Source of the DNA: Sumerlaeia bacterium
GTDB taxonomy: Bacteria; Sumerlaeota; Sumerlaeia; SLMS01; JAHLLQ01
Direction: 5' to 3'
Length of the DNA: 64,000 nucleotides
Assembly: GCA_040219255.1 (NCBI GenBank)
Contig: JAVJSW010000012.1
Span: 64,001 to 128,000, forward strand
A program made the translations under genes and the position numbers. The notes below the pieces were generated by a model. That model was given only the letters and a program-made list of their open reading frames with translations. It did no database searches and was not told the origin of the DNA. Positions 12,500 through 20,936 of this stretch are shown in pieces; the stretch's first letter is position 1; each line of letters opens with the position of its first letter.

Positions 12500-13138
12500 T
12501 CAAGGCAGCCCAACGACCTTGTGCAACTGAAGGCTCAGGGACCATTGGGGATGCTCCAGACAATAGCGCATCGCCGCCCGCAGATTGGCGTCCTGATCCG
12601 GGCCGTCCATCGGTTGCAGGTAGAAGCGGTCGAAATCCAAATGGGCGACATCTTCGGGCCGCAGCGCCGTCTGCGGATAGACGAGCTTGAGTTCGTTGCC
12701 GCGCCTCAGGACCAGTTTGGCGTTGGCTTTCGGGCTGACGCAGACCCAGTCCACGCCGCCGGGCACGGGGCGGGTGCCGTTGGTTTCGACGGCGACCTCG
12801 AAGCCGCGGGCGTGCAGGGCCTCGACCAGCGCCGTGGTCAGTTGAAGGAGCGGCTCTCCTCCGGTACAGACCACGTAGGGACGGGCGTGGGCGGCCTCCG
12901 CTGGCCAGAGGGCGGCAATGGCCTCAGCAAGGCTTTCGGCGTCCGGAAAGTGCCCGCCGCCGGGCCCATCGACGCCCAGGAATTCGGTGTCGCAGAACTG
13001 GCAAATGGCGCGGGCGCGGCCTTCCTCGCGGCCCGACCACAGATTGCAGCCCGTGAAGCGGCAGAAGACGGCGGGCCGGCCGGCGTGGGCGCCTTCGCCC
13101 TGCATGGTGTAGAAGATGGATTTGACGGCGAAACTCAC
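12500..13138 (-). CDS. queE: 7-carboxy-7-deazaguanine synthase QueE (Cx14CxxC radical SAM type)
   Basis: QGEG, GCNLWSGREEGRARAICQFCDT, TGGEPLLQ, ETNGT, VSPK, QLHK. Confidence 0.96.
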   Translation of the reverse strand: MSFAVKSIFYTMQGEGAHAGRPAVFCRFTGCNLWSGREEGRARAICQFCDTEFLGVDGPGGGHFPDAESLAEAIAALWPAEAAHARPYVVCTGGEPLLQLTTALVEALHARGFEVAVETNGTRPVPGGVDWVCVSPKANAKLVLRRGNELKLVYPQTALRPEDVAHLDFDRFYLQPMDGPDQDANLRAAMRYCLEHPQWSLSLQLHKVVGLP

Positions 13139-13141
13139 GGG

Positions 13142-13837
13142 TTATCGGTTCGGTTGGTACTCCACGGGATCGGTCAGGCCGGCTTCGGCGAAGCCTTTCA
13201 GCCGCAACTGGCACGAGTCGCAAAGGCCGCACGGGCGCCCCTGATCGTCTGGATCGTAGCAGGAATGGGTCAGGCCATAATCCACGCCCAGGTCCGTGCC
13301 ACGGCGAATGATCTCGGCCTTGGTCAGGTGGATCAGCGGCGTGTGGATTTGGATGCTCTGGCCGCCGCCTTCGACGCCGGCCTTGGTGGCGAGGTTGGCC
13401 ATTTTCTGAAAGGCCGAAATGAACTCGGGCCGGCAATCGGGATAGCCGCTGTAATCGAGGGCGTTCACGCCGATGAAGATGTCGAACGCGCCAAGGACTT
13501 CGGCGTAGGCCAGCGCATAGGACAGGAAAATCGTGTTCCGCGCGGGGACATAGGTAACCGGAATGTCGGCCGCCATGGCGTCGGCGCCGCGGGATTTCGG
13601 TACGGCGATGTCGCTGGTCAGGGCGCTGCCGCCAAAGGCGCGGAGGTCGATGTGGACTTCGCGGTAATCGGCCACGGCGAAGGCCTGGGCCACGCGGCGC
13701 GCGGCCTGCATTTCGACGTGGTGGCGCTGCTGGTAATCGACGGCGAGCGCGCTCGGTTCGAAGCCCTCGGCTTTGGCGATGGCGAGGCAGGTGGTCGAAT
13801 CGAGGCCTCCGCTGAGGAGGACGGCGGCTTTTTTCAT
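13142..13837 (-). CDS. queC: 7-cyano-7-deazaguanine synthase QueC
   Basis: [30 protein letters not shown]...CGLCDSC. Confidence 0.97.
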   Translation of the reverse strand: MKKAAVLLSGGLDSTTCLAIAKAEGFEPSALAVDYQQRHHVEMQAARRVAQAFAVADYREVHIDLRAFGGSALTSDIAVPKSRGADAMAADIPVTYVPARNTIFLSYALAYAEVLGAFDIFIGVNALDYSGYPDCRPEFISAFQKMANLATKAGVEGGGQSIQIHTPLIHLTKAEIIRRGTDLGVDYGLTHSCYDPDDQGRPCGLCDSCQLRLKGFAEAGLTDPVEYQPNR

Positions 13838-13958
13838 CGCGGTGGCAACGCCCCTGTGGTCAAAGTTTCACGGCCCGGCGGCGCCCGCCGCGGCCCCAAA
13901 GCGAACCCTAACAACGGCAACGCCCCCCGCCTGTCAATGGCGGAGGCCTCGTCATTCC

Positions 13959-14077
13959 TTTTTTGGCCGCGGATGAATGGGATAAATGGGATCATTATTT
14001 TTGGGCCATGAGCCGGCCATTGAGAAACTTCACTTAAGAAAATCCCATTCATCTGCATTTATCCGCGGCTAAAAAAA
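13959..14077. repeat. Short element bounded by imperfect inverted repeats (MITE-like)
   Basis: Left TTTTTTGGCCGCGGATGAATGGGATAAATGGGAT versus reverse complement of right arm TTTTTTTAGCCGCGGATAAATGCAGATGAATGGGAT. Confidence 0.7.
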
Positions 14078-14097
14078 TCAAAGGACCACCACCCCCC

Positions 14098-14520
14098 ATG
14101 ACCCATCAGGCCCCCCTTTCCGATACCACCGGCGTGACGATGCTGGGCTCGAACGAGCGCCAGCCCTCACCGCGGCTCGAGAGCTTTCCCTTCAAGGACC
14201 GTGGCCGATACACCACGGTGATTTTCCGCTGCACCGAATTCACCTGCGTCTGCCCCGTCACGGGCCAGCCCGATTTCGCCAAGCTCGACATCGAATACAT
14301 CCCCGCCGCCCGGGCGCTGGAGAGCAAGTCGCTGAAGAATTACCTGTGGAGTTTCCGCGACACCCCCGGTTTCCACGAGGACGTGGTGAACAAGATCCTC
14401 GACGACATCCGCGGCTTCCTCGATCCGGTCTGGATCCGCGTGACTGGCTACTTCAACATCCGGGGCGGCATTGCCATCGACGTGGTGGCCGAGACGGGGC
14501 CGAAGCCGGAGCAGCCGTAA
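14098..14520 (+). CDS. queF: NADPH-dependent preQ0 reductase QueF (type I)
   Basis: EFTCVCPVTGQPDFA, ESKSLKNYL, FHEDVVNKI, RGGI. Confidence 0.96.
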   Translation: MTHQAPLSDTTGVTMLGSNERQPSPRLESFPFKDRGRYTTVIFRCTEFTCVCPVTGQPDFAKLDIEYIPAARALESKSLKNYLWSFRDTPGFHEDVVNKILDDIRGFLDPVWIRVTGYFNIRGGIAIDVVAETGPKPEQP

Positions 14521-14540
14521 GAGGGCAACTTCAGAAGAAT

Positions 14541-14841
14541 TCACCACGGAGACACGGAGGCACGGAGATGGTTGTTGCAAGGGAGGTTACGTGCAGCAGA
14601 TAGGAGATTCCATGCTTTGTGGGATGGCGAGGAAGGGCGATTTGCTGCATTCAAGGAAGTCTACGAAGCTCCTGCAAATCGACAGATTCCCTCGCTACTT
14701 TCTGCGCGAACGGACAAAAACAAGCGAACAGCGCTCTGCGCCCCAGATTATGAGTCATTGAGAAAACTGAGTCTGCCAATTCATCAAGCCGCCCCTCTAT
14801 CACTCCTCTGTGAAACCTCCACCCTCTGTGATCTCCGTGGT
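14541..14841. repeat. Element bounded by CACGGAG/CTCTGTG-type tandem inverted repeats
   Basis: Left TCACCACGGAGACACGGAGGCACGGAG; right CTCTGTG...CTCTGTGATCTCCGTGGT. Confidence 0.6.
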
Positions 14842-15023
14842 TTAATGATCGAAAAACGACTCGTGTGGTCCAAGATTCCCCTTGCCCCGCACGAGCCCAG
14901 GGAGCGACCCGTCTCCGTTTGTTGAGAGGTCCTCCCCTATTTCTTCACTGTTCGTGTAACGATTCGAAATTGCCTTTAGTAAAGATTGATCTTTAGATTT
15001 TTCTGCTTCGATGGTGGAATACT

Positions 15024-16445
15024 TTGCTCTTTAACTCCCTAACCTTCGTTGTCTTCTTCGCCGTTGTGTTGATTTTGCACAACATGCCGTTTTCCTGGAA
15101 GACGAAAAAGCTGAACCTGCTGCTGGCCAGCTATCTGTTCTACGCCGCGTGGAACCCGCCGCTGATTGTGCTGCTGTGGATTTCCACGATGGCGGACTGG
15201 TACTGCGGCAAGGCGCTGGCCCGCGCCGAAGGCTCCGCCAAGCGCCGCCTGCTTCTCGCCGTCAGCCTCGTCGCCAACCTGGGGATGCTCGGCATCTTCA
15301 AGTACGGCAATTTCCTGCTCGACAATTTCGTGTTCCTGACCGGCAAGCTCGGCATGACCTACTCGCCGCCGGAATGGAGCATCATTCTTCCCGTCGGCAT
15401 TTCATTTTATACGTTCCAAACGTTGACCTATACGTTCGATATTTATCGCAAGCGCCTGGAACCGGTGAAGTCCTTCCTGGACTACGCCCTCTATGTGACC
15501 TTCTTCCCCCAGCTCGTCGCCGGCCCCATCGTCCGCGCGGCCGAGTTTCTGCCCCAATGCGTCGAGCCCCCCAAGATCACCCGCAACCAATTCGTCTGGG
15601 GTCTCTACCTGATCACGCTCGGCCTGTTCCAGAAGGTCGTCCTCGCCGACGGCTTCCTGTCCGATCCGGCGGAGGCGGTCTTCAGCCATGCGGGATTCGT
15701 GGTGCCGCTGGATGCCTGGGCGGGAGTGATGGCGTTCTCGGGCCAGATTTTCTGCGACTTCGCCGGCTACACGACCTGCGCCATCGGCACGGCGCTGTGC
15801 CTGGGGTTCATGCTGCCCGACAACTTCCGCTTTCCCTATGCGGCGCTTGGATTCTCCGACTTCTGGCGCCGGTGGCATATCACGCTGTCCACGTGGCTTC
15901 GCGATTACGTTTACATCTCCTTTGGCGGCAACCGGCGCGGCACGATCCGCACGCTGATCAACCTGATGGTGACGATGTTTCTCGGCGGGCTTTGGCACGG
16001 CGCGGCCTGGACCTTTGTGGTTTGGGGTGTGCTCCATGGGCTCTACTTGGTCGGGGAACGCCTCCTCAAGGCCGCCTTCGGCGGTGCCGCGTGGGTCAAG
16101 ACCCTCGGCGCCGAGATCGGTCTGGTGCTGCTGACCAACGCCCTGGTGTGCGTGGCGTGGGTGTTTTTCCGCGCGACGACCTTCGAGGGCGCCGGCCGCG
16201 TTCTCCAGTCCATGTTCGCCCTCATGCCCGAAGCCGCCCCCGTCCTGACGACGTTCGACCTGCTGGCGGCGCTGGCGATTTACGCGGGGATTTTGCTGAC
16301 CCATTGGTTCCTGCGCCATTCGCGGACGGAAAACTTCGTATCCCGCGCGCCCGGCTGGGCCGTGGCCATCGTGTGGGCCGCCATGCTGGTGGCGCTGATT
16401 CTGACGCAAGGAGGCGGCGATGCCTTTATCTACTTCCAGTTCTGA
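15024..16445 (+). CDS. MBOAT family O-acyltransferase (AlgI/DltB-like)
   Basis: MLFNS, LPVGISFYTFQ, FFPQLVAGPIVR, FWRRWHITLSTWLRDY, GLWHGA, C-terminal FIYFQF. Confidence 0.95.
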   Translation: MLFNSLTFVVFFAVVLILHNMPFSWKTKKLNLLLASYLFYAAWNPPLIVLLWISTMADWYCGKALARAEGSAKRRLLLAVSLVANLGMLGIFKYGNFLLDNFVFLTGKLGMTYSPPEWSIILPVGISFYTFQTLTYTFDIYRKRLEPVKSFLDYALYVTFFPQLVAGPIVRAAEFLPQCVEPPKITRNQFVWGLYLITLGLFQKVVLADGFLSDPAEAVFSHAGFVVPLDAWAGVMAFSGQIFCDFAGYTTCAIGTALCLGFMLPDNFRFPYAALGFSDFWRRWHITLSTWLRDYVYISFGGNRRGTIRTLINLMVTMFLGGLWHGAAWTFVVWGVLHGLYLVGERLLKAAFGGAAWVKTLGAEIGLVLLTNALVCVAWVFFRATTFEGAGRVLQSMFALMPEAAPVLTTFDLLAALAIYAGILLTHWFLRHSRTENFVSRAPGWAVAIVWAAMLVALILTQGGGDAFIYFQF

Positions 16446-17478
16446 TCGGCCCGTTCCCGATCAAGCCTGGGGCCGTGTCGGCCTCGGTATGGTGGCCCTC
16501 GCCGCCGCGGCACTCCTCACGTGGGAGATCATCGTCCGCTCCGCCCTCGGCTATGGCCAGAGCTACACCGACGGCCCGCTGCTCTGGGGCTTCTGTCGCG
16601 ACCGGCTCAAGGGCTGGGACGACAACGCCGTGGCCATCGTCGGGTCCTCGCGCATCCGCTTCGACCTCGTCCACGATCAGGTCTCCGAAGCCTTTGGCGA
16701 TGCGCCCATCGCGCACCTCGCCATCAACGGCAGCGTCCCACGCCCGGTCCTCCACGACCTGGCCCAGGACCCGTCCTTCCGCGGCACGGTCCTGGTCGGT
16801 TACACGCCGGGGCTGTTCTGGGTTCCCGGCGGCCCCAACATGACCATGACGACCGAGGTGACCGACAAGTACCCGCGCCGGACGCCGTCGGAGAAGGCGA
16901 GCCAATACATCGCGTTTCTGCCCCAATCGGTTTTCGCCTTTCTGAACAAGGAAGACTTGGCGCTGCCCAAGCTGCTGCGCGAGACCCTTGCCCTGCCGAA
17001 CCGCGAAGGCGTCATGGTGCCGCCGCGCATGCCCCCTTACCTGGCCAAGGTGGAGGCCGACCGAGGCGAGCGCATGTGGGAGAAACTGGAAACCGACCCG
17101 GAATTCCAGGCCGAAGTGCAGGGCATTTGGAAAACGCTCTTTCAGCTCGCGCCGCCCCTGCCGCCAGAATTGATCGCCAAGGAGCGGGCCGAAGTCGCCG
17201 CCGACGTCGCCGCCATCCGCGCCCGAGGAGGCGACGTGATCTTCATCCGCTTCCCATCGAGCGGCTGGATCCGCGAACACGAACGCGAGAACAACCCCCG
17301 CGAAGCCCTTTGGGACCCGCTCATTGAAGAAACCGGCGCCGTCGGCATCCACTTCGAGGACTACCCCGAACTCTCGGGCTACACCTGCCCCGAATGGTCC
17401 CACCTGACACGCGCCGATTCGGAAACGTTCACGCGGGATTTGCTGCGGATTCTGAAGGAGCAGGGGGCGATTCGGTAG
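16420..17478 (+). CDS. SGNH/DltD-like periplasmic partner of the MBOAT protein
   Basis: N-terminal TM, VGSSR, C-terminal EWSHL; overlaps the MBOAT stop. Confidence 0.75.
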   Translation: MPLSTSSSDRPVPDQAWGRVGLGMVALAAAALLTWEIIVRSALGYGQSYTDGPLLWGFCRDRLKGWDDNAVAIVGSSRIRFDLVHDQVSEAFGDAPIAHLAINGSVPRPVLHDLAQDPSFRGTVLVGYTPGLFWVPGGPNMTMTTEVTDKYPRRTPSEKASQYIAFLPQSVFAFLNKEDLALPKLLRETLALPNREGVMVPPRMPPYLAKVEADRGERMWEKLETDPEFQAEVQGIWKTLFQLAPPLPPELIAKERAEVAADVAAIRARGGDVIFIRFPSSGWIREHERENNPREALWDPLIEETGAVGIHFEDYPELSGYTCPEWSHLTRADSETFTRDLLRILKEQGAIR

Positions 17479-17483
17479 GGTGT

Positions 17484-18110
17484 TCAGGTGGCCAGGATCG
17501 GACCCTGCTCGCCAAAGCGCGCCCTCAGCTCGCGCAGGAGCCGCTTCTTGCCCTTGATGGAATCGCTCAAGGCGACCTCGAGAGTCTGATCCGGCAGCGG
17601 AATCCGCAGAGATAGATTGTTCAGCAAGTCATCCATAGCGACGTCCGACTTGTCGAGACTGGCGCGGAAGCGCTGAGTTTCCAGCAGGACTCGGTTTCCC
17701 CGGAAGGCGAGAGCACCGAAGCATTGCCCGGACTCGCCGCTTCCGAATTCAACAGCGACCTCAATCAGATCCTCCTCTGGATTGAGTAGCGGCTCACCAA
17801 AGCCGAAGATACCGAGGCGCGGCAGGTGCCGGCTGGCCCAGCGCATCGTGAGTTCCAAGAGAACGCCGCACGGCAGGAGCAGGCCGAACGCAATCGCCTC
17901 GCGAAACAAGTCGGCTTCGATAAAGCCGAACCACGCCCTGAAGCTGTTCCAGAGGAAAACTCCCAAGAATGCGAAAAACAGACCGGTGAACGGTTTCACA
18001 ACCGCTCCAGTGCCAAGAAGAGCGGGGATAAGTCCCTGTGCCGGCGGCTTCCACTGAAACCATGAGCGGCCGCTGGGGAGTGTTTGACGTTCGGTGGTTA
18101 GCTGAGCCAT
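17484..18110 (-). CDS. Hypothetical membrane protein
   Basis: Two to three hydrophobic segments; start uncertain (18110 or 18194). Confidence 0.5.
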   Translation of the reverse strand: MAQLTTERQTLPSGRSWFQWKPPAQGLIPALLGTGAVVKPFTGLFFAFLGVFLWNSFRAWFGFIEADLFREAIAFGLLLPCGVLLELTMRWASRHLPRLGIFGFGEPLLNPEEDLIEVAVEFGSGESGQCFGALAFRGNRVLLETQRFRASLDKSDVAMDDLLNNLSLRIPLPDQTLEVALSDSIKGKKRLLRELRARFGEQGPILAT

Positions 18111-18428
18111 CGGACCGGCATTCCCATTAATTTCAAACCTTTCTCTAGTACGAGAGACGCTCCTTGTGGGCAATCGGAATTCGATTTCCAACAACGAGTT
18201 GTTCGCTTGCCCTGGCGAATGCGGCCCCCGCGAGCCTGTTCCTTCAAGAATTCAACACCGAGCACCTCCGACTACCAGGGATCATTGCACCGCCAAAGAG
18301 TCGATGCTGGGTGCAAACACTCCGTCCCCCGCGGCGCAGCGTGGTGCAGGGATGAGGCCCGCGCAAAATCCCAAACTTCCCTCTTGACCAGCGGTGCTTC
18401 CTTCCGTTTCATCTCGGTCCGCGTTTGA

Positions 18429-18504
18429 GCTGGTGTAGCTCAATTGGCAGAGCACCTGATTTGTAATCAGGCGGTTGCGGGTTCGAGTCCCATCACCAGC
18501 TCCA
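18429..18504 (+). tRNA. tRNA-Thr(TGT)
   Basis: GCTGGTG/CACCAGC acceptor stem, anticodon arm CCTGA-TTTGTAA-TCAGG, GTTCGAG T-loop, encoded CCA. Confidence 0.97.
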
Positions 18505-18546
18505 TCACTTCAGCAAGGCTGGCGAGGCGCGGAAGACAAACATTGT

Positions 18547-18633
18547 GGTCGGGTGGCAGAGCGGTCAAATGCAGCGGACTGTAAATCCGCCGAGGTAATC
18601 TCTACGTTGGTTCGAATCCAACCCCGACCACCA
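18547..18633 (+). tRNA. tRNA-Tyr(GTA)
   Basis: GGTCGGG/CCCGACC acceptor stem, GCGGA-CTGTAAA-TCCGC anticodon arm, long variable arm, GTTCGAA, CCA. Confidence 0.97.
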
Positions 18634-18645
18634 CTGATTTGAAAC

Positions 18646-18688
18646 GAAAGCCCCGCGGATGTCTCGTCCGCGGGGCTTCTTTGTTTTT
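18646..18688 (+). terminator. Rho-independent terminator after the tRNAs (possibly bidirectional)
   Basis: AAGCCCCGCGGA/TCCGCGGGGCTT stem followed by CTTTGTTTTT. Confidence 0.88.
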
Positions 18689-18694
18689 CCGGCG

Positions 18695-19723
18695 TCATCC
18701 GGCGTGTGCCCCTTGGCCCTGCTGGGCGGCGGCCGGCGGGGCGGAACCGCTTTTGAGCCAGTGCAGCACGGCGGCCAGGAACGGCTGGATGATGACTTCC
18801 CAGGAATCGAGGAAGTAGGACCCGAAGGCCACGCCATAGGCCGCGTCGGCCTTGGCCCGATCGTCCGCCGCATCCCACGCCAGCGCGGCCAGGATGTGCG
18901 CGTACCAGTCGTCGGGCCCCATCGGCTCGACAGTGCTCAGGAGCGCGAGGGCGGGTTTGGCTTCACCGCTGTCCAGCAGCCCCCACGCCAGCAGCGCCGC
19001 CACCACCGGATGGGGAAAATCGTCCGCGTCCCGTTCGCGGTCGTAGACATCCAGCGCTCCGGCGATCACTCCGTCCAGAAAGGCCCGGGCGTCGGCCGTG
19101 CGGCCGCTGTGCAGCAGGCACAGAGAATAGAGCCGCGCGGCGTCGTTGTCGGGATGGGGAAAGACCTCGGCCGCGGGGAGCAGGATCTGGGCGGCGAGGG
19201 CGAAATCGCCGAGGGCGACGGACTTGGCGGCGAGGGCGTAGAGGCGGGAACTGGCTCGCTGGGCGGCGCCGCTCAGGGCCTGTTTGCGGGCCGATTCCGC
19301 GTCCGCCGCCGCGCGCTTCTCCATGAGGCGGGACGCCTCGCCAAGGGCTTTTCGCTCCGACGCGTTGGGTGGCCGCTTGGGCTCGGCATAGACCGCCAGC
19401 ATGTCCGGCTCGGCGATGCGCAGGGGCCAGAAGAGCCGCAGGAATCGCTTGAGAAAATCGTGATGGGGAAAGAGGGGGCCGCCATCGAGGGCGCTCGCGG
19501 AGGCGGAGCGGTTCCCGAGCTGGAATTCCGCCAGGCCGAGATGCAGCCGCGCCACCGGGTTTTCCGGCTGGGCCGCGATCACGCCGACCAGCGCCTCGCG
19601 GGCCCCCGCGAAATCGCCAGCGTCGTACAACTCCAACCCGCGCAAAGTCCTTCGCGCCGCGTTTTCGTCCCCCTGGGACGCACCATTTCGGGGGGCGTCT
19701 GTCGGATTTTCCGTCGAGTTCAT
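18695..19723 (-). CDS. Tetratricopeptide-repeat protein
   Basis: Ala/Leu-rich helical repeats (GDFAGAREAL...PENPVARLHLGLA). Confidence 0.75.
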   Translation of the reverse strand: MNSTENPTDAPRNGASQGDENAARRTLRGLELYDAGDFAGAREALVGVIAAQPENPVARLHLGLAEFQLGNRSASASALDGGPLFPHHDFLKRFLRLFWPLRIAEPDMLAVYAEPKRPPNASERKALGEASRLMEKRAAADAESARKQALSGAAQRASSRLYALAAKSVALGDFALAAQILLPAAEVFPHPDNDAARLYSLCLLHSGRTADARAFLDGVIAGALDVYDRERDADDFPHPVVAALLAWGLLDSGEAKPALALLSTVEPMGPDDWYAHILAALAWDAADDRAKADAAYGVAFGSYFLDSWEVIIQPFLAAVLHWLKSGSAPPAAAQQGQGAHAG

Positions 19724-19836
19724 GCGGGTTAGCCTTGCGTCACGCTCAATTAATGCCTGAAGTGCATCATCAGAGATGCATTGGAACGAGAGACCCAACC
19801 CATCCCTGGTCCATACCTTTGAAGGAGACTTCTCCC

Positions 19837-20154
19837 ATGACGAGCGTCAGTGACAAGGACGTTCTCTTGCCAAACCAGGTTGAGGATGCCCTGACCGAAC
19901 TGCCCGGTTGGGAGTACAAAAACGGCCACCTTTGCAAGCAGTACCTGATGAAGACCTTTCAGGACTCCATCGACTTTTTCAACGAGGCCGCTGAACTCGC
20001 CCAGTCCATCAATCACCACCCCGATATTCTTGTCAGTTACAAGAAGGTGAAATTCATGCTCTGGACCCACAAGTTCGACGCGATCACAACGGTCGATGTC
20101 GAGCTTGCCAAGAAAGTGGAAGAGCTTTCAGTCACTCAAGGCCTCGCTCTCTAG
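19837..20154 (+). CDS. Pterin-4-alpha-carbinolamine dehydratase
   Basis: LPGWE, NHHPDI, LWTH...D..LA; AAGGAG RBS. Confidence 0.93.
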   Translation: MTSVSDKDVLLPNQVEDALTELPGWEYKNGHLCKQYLMKTFQDSIDFFNEAAELAQSINHHPDILVSYKKVKFMLWTHKFDAITTVDVELAKKVEELSVTQGLAL

Positions 20155-20173
20155 AGCCGGCCCGGCGAGCGTC

Positions 20174-20854
20174 CTAGACGCCCGCTTTCGCCTTGGCCAT
20201 TTCCACGATCTTCAACACCAGCTTCTCAATGCCCGCCCCCACTTCGCTGGGGCGGGCTTCGCCGTACATATAGGCCGGGGCGGAGACCACCCGCTGCGCT
20301 TTGTCCACGCAGATCTCGGTCACCGGCCGGTCCCGGTGCTTGGCGCCGAGTTTCTCGATGCCCTGCGCCGTGCCCGCGTCGTTGCCGATGGTCAGTTCCA
20401 CGCCGTTGCCCAGCGCCTTGGCCGCCACTGCCGGAGCGATGCACATGAATCCGAGGGGTTTACCGCGCTCGTGCATGGCGCGAATCAGGGACGCTACGTC
20501 TTCATCGATGCCACAGTCCGGGCCATTGACCCCGAAGTCGCACAGGTTCTTCGCCGCGCCATAGCCGCCCGGCAGCACCAGCGCGTCCAAAGCGTCCGGG
20601 TCCGCCGTCTTCACATCGGAGATTCTTCCGCGGGCGATGCGGGCCGATTCCGCCAGCACGTTGCGCGTCTCGCCCTCCGCCGGTTCACCCTTCAGGTGAT
20701 TCACCACATGCATCTGAGGGATATCGGGGGCGAAGAAATGCAGTTCCGCGCCCTCGCGGTCCAGGAAGTAAATCGTCAGCACCGCTTCCGTGATTTCCGC
20801 GCCATCCAGGAATCCGCACCCGGACAAAACGACGCCTACCTTGGGTCCAGCCAT
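20174..20854 (-). CDS. elbB: Glyoxalase ElbB (ES1/DJ-1 family)
   Basis: LSGCGFLDGAEITE, ESARIARG, PGGYGAAKNL, CIAP, PAYM. Confidence 0.95.
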   Translation of the reverse strand: MAGPKVGVVLSGCGFLDGAEITEAVLTIYFLDREGAELHFFAPDIPQMHVVNHLKGEPAEGETRNVLAESARIARGRISDVKTADPDALDALVLPGGYGAAKNLCDFGVNGPDCGIDEDVASLIRAMHERGKPLGFMCIAPAVAAKALGNGVELTIGNDAGTAQGIEKLGAKHRDRPVTEICVDKAQRVVSAPAYMYGEARPSEVGAGIEKLVLKIVEMAKAKAGV

Positions 20855-20936
20855 TGTCGTGTCTCCTTCAAATCAGAGGGGTTGTATTCATTGGTGCGTT
20901 TTGCGCACGCGCGAGGAATGCCAAGGGCGCTCTCGA

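Noticed and set aside
13838-14097. preQ1 riboswitch upstream of queC or queF
   Set aside because: No recognisable preQ1-I stem-loop with A-rich tail; the region is explained by an inverted-repeat element. An Infernal search would settle it
12500-14520. que genes as a dpd-type 7-deazaguanine DNA-modification system
   Set aside because: No dpdA/tgt-like or dpdB-K genes nearby; consistent with ordinary queuosine synthesis
18429-18633. tRNAs as the attachment site of an integrated element
   Set aside because: I found no duplicated tRNA 3' end and no adjacent integrase
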